This document shows, piece by piece, positions 1-7,937 of a stretch of 46,511 bases of DNA. The translations under genes were made by a program, and so were the position numbers. Origin of the DNA: Actinomycetota bacterium (lineage in GTDB: Bacteria > Actinomycetota > UBA4738 > HRBIN12). The stretch is taken from contig DATLZM010000016.1 of assembly GCA_035573995.1 (NCBI GenBank), positions 1-46,511 on the forward strand, written 5' to 3'. Under the pieces are notes generated by a model. It saw only the letters and a program-made list of their open reading frames with translations, made no database searches and was not told where the DNA came from. The stretch's first letter is position 1. Each line of letters starts with the position of its first letter.

Positions 1-98
1 AGGTTCCATTCCTCCCAGGGACACCGTTCCGAGGCGCGGGACGCGCCCACGTGATCGGTCCCTGCGGGATGTCGAGGCCTCCCGTAGGCTTGCCGGGT

Positions 99-572
99 AT
101 GGACGACACCCCGGCGATCCGCGCGGCCCGCGAGGCCGGTCTCCGCTTCGAGGTCGTCCGGACCCGGCCGCCCGCCAGCGCCGAGGAGAGCGCCGCGCTC
201 CAGGGGATCGAGCTCGGGCAGCTCCTGCGGACGATCGTGGTGCGCCGCGGCCGCGGCGACCACCTCTTCGTGCTGGTGCCCGCGGGGCGGGAGATCGACT
301 GGCCCAAGCTCCGGGCGCACCTCGGCGTCTCCCGGCTCTCGCTCCCCGACGAGGCCGAGGCCAGGGAGGCGACCGGGTACGAGCGGGGCGCCATCACCCC
401 CCTCGGGGCGGCCACGGCCTGGCCGGTGATCGCCGACCGGAGCATCCTCGAGCTCGACCGGGTGGCGATCGGCGGCGGCGCCAGGGGGGTGAACCTCCAT
501 CTCCGCGCCGCGGAGCTCCTGGAGGCGCTCGGGGCCGAGGTCGCCGACGTGACCCGGGCCCGCGCCCGCTAA
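99..572 (+). CDS. YbaK/EbsC-family aminoacyl-tRNA trans-editing (deacylase) domain protein
   Basis: ORF 51..572. The body (TPAIRAAREAGL, LLRTIVV, GYERGAITPLG, VAIGGG) reads like the YbaK/ProX editing fold. ATG at 99 preferred over the alternative start at 51. High third-position GC. Confidence 0.65.
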   Translation: MDDTPAIRAAREAGLRFEVVRTRPPASAEESAALQGIELGQLLRTIVVRRGRGDHLFVLVPAGREIDWPKLRAHLGVSRLSLPDEAEAREATGYERGAITPLGAATAWPVIADRSILELDRVAIGGGARGVNLHLRAAELLEALGAEVADVTRARAR

Positions 573-626
573 CGCGATCCGGCGCCGCGCGGGTGGACCC
601 CACGGACCCTGCGGTAGGGTCGGAGC

Positions 627-2102
627 GTGGCCCGCACCGTGCCGGCCCCGATCCGTCGGGCGGCCGTCGCCCTCCTGCTCCCCGCGGCCGTGGGGGTCGT
701 CGGGGCCTGGCTCGGGATGCTCGCGTGGGGCGCCCAGACCGTCCCCATCGGGCCCTTCCGCGTCCAGCTCCAGGCGGGGTTCGGGCGCGGGGTCACCGAC
801 ATCGCCCTCCCCCCGCTCGGGCAGATCACGGCCGACACCCACCTCGCCCCGCTCCGGGTCCGGGCCACGCTCGTCGACGTCCGGGCCCAGGAGCTGGCCC
901 GGGCCCTCGCGACCCGACCCACCGAGGACCTCGTGGCCGGGATGGAGGTGGAGGCCCTGGACCGGATCGGTCCGTACGCGCTCCGCCTCCTGGGGGTCGC
1001 GCTGGCGGGAGCGGCGGCCTCGGGCGCCGCCGTCTTCCGCCGCCGGCTCCGGGCCGTGGGCCTGGCCGTGGTGTCGGCCCTCGTGGTCTGCGGCGGCAGC
1101 GAGGCCCTGGCGGTCGCCACCTACCGGGCGGACGCGTTCCTCTCCCCCACCTTCTCCGGATCGCTCGCCGCCGCCCCCCAGCTGATCGGCCCGGTGCGCG
1201 CGGCCGGGGAGCGGCTCGGCTACTTCCGGGCCGAGCTGCAGCGGATCGTCGACGGCGCCCTCCGCGCCTACCGCTCGATCCAGGGGAACCCGCTCGCGGG
1301 CGAGGACGTGATCGCCGTCCTCCACGTCTCGGACCTCCACCTCTCGACCCTCGGGTTCGAGTTCGCGCAGCAGGTGGCGGCGGGCTTCGACGTCGACCTG
1401 GTGCTCGACACCGGCGACCTCACCTCGTTCGGCACGCCGGCCGAGGAGTTCGTGCTCCGGTTCATCCCGGCCTTCGATCGACCCTACGTGTTCGTCCGCG
1501 GCAACCACGACTCCGTGGAGCTCCAGCGGGCGATGGCGCGGGTGCCGAACGCGGTCGTGCTCGACGGCCGGGCGGTCGAGGTGGCGGGCCTCACGATCTA
1601 CGGGCTCGGCGACCCCTTCTTCACCCAGGAGCGCGGCGAGCCGCTCGAGGCCCGGGAGATCGCGGAGCTCGTCCGCTCGGCGGGGCCCGTGATCGCCGCG
1701 GACCTGGCGGAGCTCCCCCGTCCCCCCGACCTCGTGGCGGTGCACGACGAGCGGATGGCGGAGGCGGTGTTCGGGCTCGCCCCGGTGGTCGTCTCCGGCC
1801 ACTTCCACGAGGCCGGGGCGCGGGTCGTGGACGGGACGATCGCGCTCCGGGTGGGGACGACCGGCGGGGCCGGGCCCACCGGGTTCACGGCCGAGGGCGG
1901 CGTGCCGCTCTCCGCCGAGATCCTCTACTTCGCGCCGCCCACCGGCGCCGAGCCGGCGCGGCTCCTGGCCTGGGACGTGGTGGAGCAGCTCCCCGAGACC
2001 GGGAGCCTCACGGTCACCCGCCACGTGGTGGCCCGGGAGTTCGGCGAGCCCGTCCTCACCCCGCCGCCGAGCCCCTCGCCGACCCCGACGCCGACCGGGT
2101 GA
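627..2102 (+). CDS. membrane-anchored metallophosphoesterase (calcineurin-like)
   Basis: ORF 627..2102 (GTG start). Hydrophobic N-terminal third, then phosphoesterase motifs VLHVSDLHLS, DTGDLTSFG, VRGNHD and VSGHFHE. Pro/Thr/Ser-rich C-terminal tail. Confidence 0.8.
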   Translation: MARTVPAPIRRAAVALLLPAAVGVVGAWLGMLAWGAQTVPIGPFRVQLQAGFGRGVTDIALPPLGQITADTHLAPLRVRATLVDVRAQELARALATRPTEDLVAGMEVEALDRIGPYALRLLGVALAGAAASGAAVFRRRLRAVGLAVVSALVVCGGSEALAVATYRADAFLSPTFSGSLAAAPQLIGPVRAAGERLGYFRAELQRIVDGALRAYRSIQGNPLAGEDVIAVLHVSDLHLSTLGFEFAQQVAAGFDVDLVLDTGDLTSFGTPAEEFVLRFIPAFDRPYVFVRGNHDSVELQRAMARVPNAVVLDGRAVEVAGLTIYGLGDPFFTQERGEPLEAREIAELVRSAGPVIAADLAELPRPPDLVAVHDERMAEAVFGLAPVVVSGHFHEAGARVVDGTIALRVGTTGGAGPTGFTAEGGVPLSAEILYFAPPTGAEPARLLAWDVVEQLPETGSLTVTRHVVAREFGEPVLTPPPSPSPTPTPTG

Positions 2103-2159
2103 GCGGGAGCGTGTGTCCGGGTTGTCCATCCGGGCCCCCCGCGTTGCTCGTAGAGGCGG

Positions 2160-2190
2160 TTGACAGGCGGCCGGCGGGCGCGGATAGCGT
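2160..2190 (+). promoter_or_regulatory. candidate housekeeping-type promoter for the ABC transporter operon
   Basis: TTGACA at 2160-2165. A GATAGC/TAGCGT (TAnnnT) element lies at 2183-2190, 17-19 nt downstream. It sits in the 130-bp gap before the GTG at 2233, which has an AGGAGG Shine-Dalgarno at 2221. Confidence 0.3.
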
Positions 2191-2232
2191 GCGTGACGGC
2201 CCGGCGACGGCGGTCGAGCGAGGAGGAGCGAG

Positions 2233-3378
2233 GTGAGCGGGCACGGCATCACGAGGCGGGACTTCCTCAGGCGCAGCGGTGCGGTGGCGGGGGCCATCAC
2301 GCTCCCCGCCATCTTGGCGGCGTGCGGACGCACTCCCGAGGAGGCGGGCGGCGCGACACCCACGGCCGGTGCCACGAGCCTGGAGGGCGCCCGGATCAAG
2401 GTGAGCACGTACGGCGGGTTCTTCGAGGAGAACTTCCGGAAGATGTACCCCGGCTTCACCGAGGAGACCGGCGTCGAGGTGGAGTCGATCTCCCAGCCCA
2501 CCTCGGAGGTCTGGGTCGTTCAGCTCCAGCAGGCCACCGAGGCTGGGGCGCCGCCTCCCGCCGACGTCTCGATGCTGTCGGGGGTCGGGATCCAGCGAGC
2601 GATCAAGGGCGACGTCCTCGCCACGTACGACCTCACCGCGATCCCCAACGAGCGGTACCTCGCCGACGGCTACGTCCGGCAGGCGCCGGACGGGAAGGTG
2701 GCCGGCGTGGGCGCGGTCTCCTGGTACATCACGCTGGTCTCGAACACGGAACGGGTGCCCGAGAGCCCCGACACCTGGACCACGTTCTGGGACCCGCGCT
2801 GGCGGAACGAGCTCGCGCTGCTCAAGAACGCCGCCAACTCCTACCTGATCGAGATCACCGCGGCGAGCTTCTTCGGTGGCTACGACATCCTGGAGACCCA
2901 GGATGGGGTGGTCGAGGTCCTGACCAAGCTCCAGGAGGTCAAGCCCAACGTGAAGCTCTGGTTCCGGGACGAGGCCACCGCCCAGCAGGCCTACAACACC
3001 GGGGAGGTCTCGATCGGGCAGTTCTACCACGACATCACGACCTACGCGGCCTCCCAGGGCGAGCCGCTCCGGAGCGTCTTCCCGGTGGAGGGGGCGATCC
3101 TCGACTCCGGGTACTGGGCGGTGTCGAAGACCACGCAGGAGCTCGCGGCCTGCCTCGCGTTCATCGACTACATGTGCCGGCCGGAGATCCAGGCGGAGCT
3201 GGCCCGGACGCTCGGCACGACGCCGACCGTGGCCAAGGAGCACATGGACCTCACGCCCGAGGAGTACGAGGCGGTGGGCGGGCCAGGGCCCGAGGCCGCG
3301 CTCCGGCCGAAGTACGAGATGTACGACGAGTGGGAGGACTGGATCGACCAGCGTTGGACCGAGATGATCCTCTCCTGA
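2233..3378 (+). CDS. ABC transporter substrate-binding lipoprotein (PotD/PotF-like extracellular solute-binding family)
   Basis: ORF 2233..3378. Twin-arginine-like signal RRDFLRRSG followed by lipobox LAAC. Size and composition fit a family-1 solute-binding protein. First gene of a 4-gene transporter. Confidence 0.8.
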   Translation: MSGHGITRRDFLRRSGAVAGAITLPAILAACGRTPEEAGGATPTAGATSLEGARIKVSTYGGFFEENFRKMYPGFTEETGVEVESISQPTSEVWVVQLQQATEAGAPPPADVSMLSGVGIQRAIKGDVLATYDLTAIPNERYLADGYVRQAPDGKVAGVGAVSWYITLVSNTERVPESPDTWTTFWDPRWRNELALLKNAANSYLIEITAASFFGGYDILETQDGVVEVLTKLQEVKPNVKLWFRDEATAQQAYNTGEVSIGQFYHDITTYAASQGEPLRSVFPVEGAILDSGYWAVSKTTQELAACLAFIDYMCRPEIQAELARTLGTTPTVAKEHMDLTPEEYEAVGGPGPEAALRPKYEMYDEWEDWIDQRWTEMILS

Positions 3379-3403
3379 CCCACCCATCGCCACCCGGACG
3401 GCC

Positions 3404-4459
3404 GTGACGGCGCGGGGGGGCCTCCGGCTCGAGGGCCTCGTCAAGCGGTTCGGCGACGTCGTCGCCGTGGACGGGGTCCACCTCGAGCTGCCGGCGGGGA
3501 AGCTGATCTCCTTCCTCGGCCCCTCGGGGTGCGGGAAGACGACGCTGCTCCGGATGATCGCCGGCCTCGAGCGCCCCACGGCGGGGCGCGTGTACCTCGA
3601 CGGCGAGGACATCACCGATCGCCCCCCGCACGTCCGGGACGTCGGGATGGTCTTCCAGACCCTCGCCCTGTTCCCGCACCTCACGGTGGCCGGGAACATC
3701 GGGTACGGGCTGCGGATCCGGGGGGTGCCCCGGGAGCGGATCGACGCCCGGGTCCGGGAGCTGCTGGCGCTGGTCTCGCTCGAGGGGCTCGGGGACCGGC
3801 GGATCCACCAGCTCTCCGGCGGTCAGCGGCAGCGCGTCGCCACCGCCCGGGCCCTGGCCCTCGAGCCCCGCCTGTTCCTCCTGGACGAGCCGCTCTCGGC
3901 CCTGGACGCGAACCTCCGCGAGCAGCTCCAGGTCGAGCTTCGCCTGCTCCAGCAGAAGCTCGGGATCACCACGATCATGGTCACCCACGACCAGCGCGAG
4001 GCCATGACCATGTCCGACCTGGTCGTCGTGATGCGGGCCGGACGCGTGGAGCAGGTCGGGGAGCCGCTCGAGGTGTACCGCCGGCCTGCCACGGCGTTCG
4101 TCGCACGCTTCATCGGCACGACGAACCTCCTGCGGGGCCGGGCGTCGGGCCGGGGCACGGTGCTGGTCGCGGCCCACGAGTTCGAGGTCGCCGGCGCTCC
4201 CCCGGACGGCGAGGTGGTGCTCTCGGTCCGGCCCGAGGAGGCCCACCTGGTGCCCGGCGAGGGCCCGGCCCGGAACGCGCTGTCGGGCACCGTGGTCTTC
4301 GTGCGCGATCTCGGCGAGCTGTTCGAGTGCTACGTGGACTGCGGGATCGGGGAGCACGTGATCGTGGCCGGCTCCCCTCGGGAACGGGTCGGGGTCGTCC
4401 AGGGGCAGCGGGTCGCCGTCGTGTTCCCGCCCGAGGCCTGCGTCGTGGTTCGCCCGTGA
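3404..4459 (+). CDS. ABC transporter ATP-binding protein (PotA/CysA-like, with C-terminal TOBE-type domain)
   Basis: Walker A GPSGCGKTT, signature LSGGQRQRVA, Walker B LFLLDEPLSALD, H-loop VTHDQ. Confidence 0.9.
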   Translation: MTARGGLRLEGLVKRFGDVVAVDGVHLELPAGKLISFLGPSGCGKTTLLRMIAGLERPTAGRVYLDGEDITDRPPHVRDVGMVFQTLALFPHLTVAGNIGYGLRIRGVPRERIDARVRELLALVSLEGLGDRRIHQLSGGQRQRVATARALALEPRLFLLDEPLSALDANLREQLQVELRLLQQKLGITTIMVTHDQREAMTMSDLVVVMRAGRVEQVGEPLEVYRRPATAFVARFIGTTNLLRGRASGRGTVLVAAHEFEVAGAPPDGEVVLSVRPEEAHLVPGEGPARNALSGTVVFVRDLGELFECYVDCGIGEHVIVAGSPRERVGVVQGQRVAVVFPPEACVVVRP

Positions 4460-4469
4460 AGGGGGAACG

Positions 4470-5327
4470 GTGATCGAACGGCCGAGGCCGACCCGGGGCG
4501 CCTACCTCGTGCTGGCGTTCCCGGTCGGCGTGCTCGCGATCTTCTTCCTCTCGCCGTTCCTGATCATGCTGGCGACGTCGTTCTACCGCCGGATCGAGGG
4601 CGGCTTCTACGAGCCCGCGTTCGTCCTGGACAGCTGGCGGCGGCTGTTCCAGGAGGTGTTCCTGGAGCGGACCGCGTTCTCGATCGGGATCTCGCTCCTC
4701 GCCGGGGCGGTCTGCATCGCTGCCGCCTTCCCCTTCACCTACTTCCTCACCCGCATGCGCCGCCGTCCGCACGTGGCGCTCCTCGTGCTGATCCTCTCGG
4801 CGCTCTCGCTCTCCGAGGTGATCGTGGGGTTCGCCTGGAGCGTGCTCCTGGGACGGGCCGCGGGCATCTCGAACGTCCTCGTCTGGCTGGGCCTGATGGA
4901 CGAGCCGGTGGCCTACCAGCCAGGGTTCCTCGCCGTGCTCCTGGGGCTCTGCTACATCGCGTTCCCCTACTGCGTGCTGACGCTCTACCCGCCGCTCTCG
5001 CGGCTGGACCGGGAGGTGACCGAGGCCGCCCAGACCCTCGGGGCCTCGCCCTGGCGGACGTTCTGGACCGTGGTGGTGCCGGTGATGCGTCCGACGATCG
5101 TCGCGGGATTCCTGCTCGTGTTCGTGTTCACGCTCGGCAGCTACCTGATCGCCGCGATCCTCGGGAAGCCGGAGCACTGGACGCTCTCGGTGTTCATCTC
5201 CGACCAGGCGTCGTTCAACGCCAACGTCCCGTTCGCCTCGGCGATGGCCCTGTTCCTCACGGTCCTCTCCCTCGCGGTGGTGGGGCTCGTGCTGCTCGTG
5301 GAGTCCCGGACCCGGAGGGTGGCCTGA
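4470..5327 (+). CDS. ABC transporter permease (PotB-like)
   Basis: ORF 4470..5327. Six hydrophobic segments. EAA-type loop (VTEAAQTLGASPWRTFWTVVVP). Confidence 0.85.
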   Translation: MIERPRPTRGAYLVLAFPVGVLAIFFLSPFLIMLATSFYRRIEGGFYEPAFVLDSWRRLFQEVFLERTAFSIGISLLAGAVCIAAAFPFTYFLTRMRRRPHVALLVLILSALSLSEVIVGFAWSVLLGRAAGISNVLVWLGLMDEPVAYQPGFLAVLLGLCYIAFPYCVLTLYPPLSRLDREVTEAAQTLGASPWRTFWTVVVPVMRPTIVAGFLLVFVFTLGSYLIAAILGKPEHWTLSVFISDQASFNANVPFASAMALFLTVLSLAVVGLVLLVESRTRRVA

Positions 5328-6169
5328 TGCGGGCGGTCCGCTGGGCCCTCACCGCGCTCGTGGTCGCGTTCCTCGTGGCCCCCCTCGCGATCGTGCTCGT
5401 CGTCTCGTTCAACGAGAACCGGTACATGGACTTCCCGCCGGAGGGGCTCTCCCTCCACTGGTACGCGGAGCTCTGGAACGACGTGGGTTGGCGCTCGGCC
5501 ATCGAGCGGAGCCTCGTGATCGCCACCACCAGCGCCTTCCTGGCGGTGGCGATCGCCACCCCGATGGCGTACGTGCTCCGGGCCTACCGGGTCCGGCTCG
5601 CCCCCCTCCTGTATTCGCTGGGGATCCTGCCGTTCATGCTGCCCCCGGTGATCAGCGCCCTCGGGGCGCAGGTGTTCTGGAACGAGACCGGGCACATCTA
5701 CCGGATCGAGAACGTGATCGTGGCCCACGCGGTGTTCTTCTCCACGCTCCCGCTCATCACGATCAGCCTGGCGATGGAGCAGATGGACCCCTCGCTCCCC
5801 GAGGCCGCCCAGACCCTCGGGGCCGACCCGCGGACCACGTTCCGGACCGTCACGCTGCCGCTCCTCCTGCCGTCGATGATCACGGGCTACGCGGCGGCGT
5901 TCGTCCTGTCGCTGAACGAGTACATCATCGCCTACCTGGTGGCGGGCTTCACCGTCGAGACCCTCCCGATCAAGATCTTCAACAGCCTCCGCTACGGCTT
6001 CACGCCGACGATCGCCGCGGTGGCCGTCGTGTTCGTCCTGGTGGCCGGGAGCGTCTTCACCCTGTTCGCGATGTTCGGGAACCTCTTGCGGTTCCTCGGC
6101 GCCGACGAGTCGATCCTGGAGCGGACCGAAGCACAGGAGCTCCCCGCCTCCCCTCCGGCCGCCGCTTGA
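5327..6169 (+). CDS. ABC transporter permease (PotC-like)
   Basis: ATG at 5327 overlaps the upstream stop (TGATG). EAA-type loop (LPEAAQTLGADPRTTFRTVTLP). Confidence 0.85.
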   Translation: MRAVRWALTALVVAFLVAPLAIVLVVSFNENRYMDFPPEGLSLHWYAELWNDVGWRSAIERSLVIATTSAFLAVAIATPMAYVLRAYRVRLAPLLYSLGILPFMLPPVISALGAQVFWNETGHIYRIENVIVAHAVFFSTLPLITISLAMEQMDPSLPEAAQTLGADPRTTFRTVTLPLLLPSMITGYAAAFVLSLNEYIIAYLVAGFTVETLPIKIFNSLRYGFTPTIAAVAVVFVLVAGSVFTLFAMFGNLLRFLGADESILERTEAQELPASPPAAA

Positions 6170-6211
6170 GCGGGCCCTCCCGGGGGTATCTCAGGGTCGG
6201 GAGGTGGCGCG

Positions 6212-6910
6212 ATGGACGAGGGCGGAGCGGGGCGCCGGAGGGCGACGCTGAACGGAGCTGATCCGGCCCACGTTGGCACGTCGCGCGGCGACGACCCCGA
6301 CCGGGAGGAGCTCCTCGGGGTGCTCGTCGAGGTACTCGAGACGATGGACCGGGTGGGCTCGCCGTTCGTGTTCATCGGGGGGATCGCCTCGATGCTCCTC
6401 GGACGGCGCCGATGGACCCGGGACCTGGACGTCCTCGTGCGGATCGAGGACGCGCCCGAGGTCCTGGATGCCCTCGGGGAGGCGGGCTTCCGGACCGAGC
6501 AGACGTTCCCGCACTGGCTGTACAAGGCCCGCAAGGGACGCGTCCAGGTCGACGTGATCTTCCGCTCCACCCGGGACGTGATGCTCGACGACGAGATGCT
6601 CGAACGCTCGGTCTGGCGGGAGTTGGAGGGGCACCGGGTCCGCCTGGCGCCGCCCGAGGATCTGGTCGTGATGAAGGCGGTGGCGGCCGACGAGGACACC
6701 CCCCGGTACTGGTACGACGCCCTCGCGATCCTCGCCCACTCCGAGATCGACTGGAACTACCTGCTGCGTCGTGCGCACCAGCACGGCGCGCGGCGGATCC
6801 TCTCGCTGCTCCTCTACGCGCAGTCCAACGACCTCCTCGTGCCGAACGGACCGATCGAGGCCCTCTCCCGGAGGATCCTGGGCGACGATGCGGAGGCCCG
6901 CGATGGGTGA
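6212..6910 (+). CDS. minimal nucleotidyltransferase-fold protein (MNT/AbiEii-like), function unknown
   Basis: IGGIASMLLGRRRWTRDLDVLV fits the GG-x-A...R-x-T-x-D-[LI]-D nucleotidyltransferase signature. ATG 6212 is preceded by GGGAGG. Confidence 0.6.
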   Translation: MDEGGAGRRRATLNGADPAHVGTSRGDDPDREELLGVLVEVLETMDRVGSPFVFIGGIASMLLGRRRWTRDLDVLVRIEDAPEVLDALGEAGFRTEQTFPHWLYKARKGRVQVDVIFRSTRDVMLDDEMLERSVWRELEGHRVRLAPPEDLVVMKAVAADEDTPRYWYDALAILAHSEIDWNYLLRRAHQHGARRILSLLLYAQSNDLLVPNGPIEALSRRILGDDAEARDG

Positions 6911-7154
6911 GGACGCGGGCTACCTGGCCGAGCGGATCCACGAGGCCCTGGCCACCGATCCCCGGGTGGCGGAGCCCGAGCTCGAGGTGCGGCTGGCCGG
7001 GGGGAAGGCCTTCGTCCGGGGGACCGTGCCGACCCGCGCGCGCTGGGCCGCGATCGAGACCGTGATCGCCGAGCGGTTCCCCGGGACGACCGTGGTGAAC
7101 GAGGCGTCGGTGGTCGAGCAGCACGCCGGGAGGACGGAGGAACGGCTGCAGTGA
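6903..7154 (+). CDS. BON domain protein
   Basis: Last 84 codons of ORF 6771..7154. RIHEALATDPRV...LEVRLAGGKAFVRGTVPT...IETVIAERFPGTTVVNE is a single BON-domain pattern. ATG 6903 overlaps the upstream stop by 8 nt. Confidence 0.7.
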   Translation: MGEDAGYLAERIHEALATDPRVAEPELEVRLAGGKAFVRGTVPTRARWAAIETVIAERFPGTTVVNEASVVEQHAGRTEERLQ

Positions 7155-7867
7155 TCCGCGTGGCAGCCGCGGGCGACCTCCACTTCGGCCCCGACTCGAC
7201 GGGGACACTGCGGCCGGCCCTCGCGGTCCTCGCGGCCCGGGCGGATGCACTGCTCCTGGCCGGCGACCTCACGAAGACCGGAACGCCCGCCGAGGCCGAG
7301 GCGCTCGCCGCCGAGCTCTCGGCGGCACCGGTCCCCGTGGTCGCGGTCCTCGGGAACCACGACCACCACTCGGACCGGGCCGGGGACGTCCGGGCCACCC
7401 TCGAGGGCGTAGGGGTGACCGTGCTCGACGGAGAGGCCACCGTGCTCGAGCTCGACGGCGCCCGCGTCGGCGTGGTCGGTGCGAAGGGGTTCGGCGGCGG
7501 CTTCATCGGCGCCTCGGCCTCGGAGTTCGGGGAGCCGGAGATGAAGGCCTTCGTGCGCAGGACCAAGGAGGACGCCGAGCGGATCCGGCGGGGGCTCGGG
7601 GAGCTCGAGGGGCGGGTGGATCTCCGGGTGGCGCTGCTGCACTACGCACCGGTGCGGGACACGCTCCAGGGAGAGCCACCCGAGCTGTTCCCGTTCCTGG
7701 GGAGCTCCCTCCTCGCGGAGGCGGTGGACGGGGCTGGCGCCGACCTCGTCCTCCACGGACACGCGCACCGGGGGACCGAGAAGGGCGCGACCCCGGGCGG
7801 CGTGAAGGTGCGGAACGTGGCTCAGCCCGTGCTCGGCCGCGCCTATCGCGTCTACCGCTTCTCCTGA
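7151..7867 (+). CDS. metallophosphoesterase family protein
   Basis: Motifs GDLHFG, LAGDLT, LGNHDHH, HGHAHRG. GTG 7151 overlaps the BON stop (GTGA). Confidence 0.8.
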   Translation: MIRVAAAGDLHFGPDSTGTLRPALAVLAARADALLLAGDLTKTGTPAEAEALAAELSAAPVPVVAVLGNHDHHSDRAGDVRATLEGVGVTVLDGEATVLELDGARVGVVGAKGFGGGFIGASASEFGEPEMKAFVRRTKEDAERIRRGLGELEGRVDLRVALLHYAPVRDTLQGEPPELFPFLGSSLLAEAVDGAGADLVLHGHAHRGTEKGATPGGVKVRNVAQPVLGRAYRVYRFS

Positions 7868-7937
7868 CGCCGGTTTGCCGGGCCCCGACCTTGGAGAACA
7901 CCTGCGCAGACGTTCTCTTGCCCGGCCAGGAGGTGCC

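Noticed and set aside
593-2236. Long alternative-frame and antisense ORFs throughout the track (for example 593..2236 +, 2056..3699 -, 7503..9764 -, 8147..9860 part, 19557..21401 +, 33750..35924 +, 41455..43155 +, 41600..43552 -, 42656..44728 +).
   Set aside because: Their translations are Arg/Pro/Gly/Ala-rich and lack motifs. Each overlaps a motif-bearing ORF in another frame or strand. Open frames of this kind are expected in very GC-rich DNA.
6212-6910. Interpreting the AbiEii-like nucleotidyltransferase as an abortive-infection or toxin-antitoxin element.
   Set aside because: No AbiEi-type antitoxin or transcriptional regulator gene lies next to it. It is translationally coupled to a BON protein and a phosphoesterase instead.
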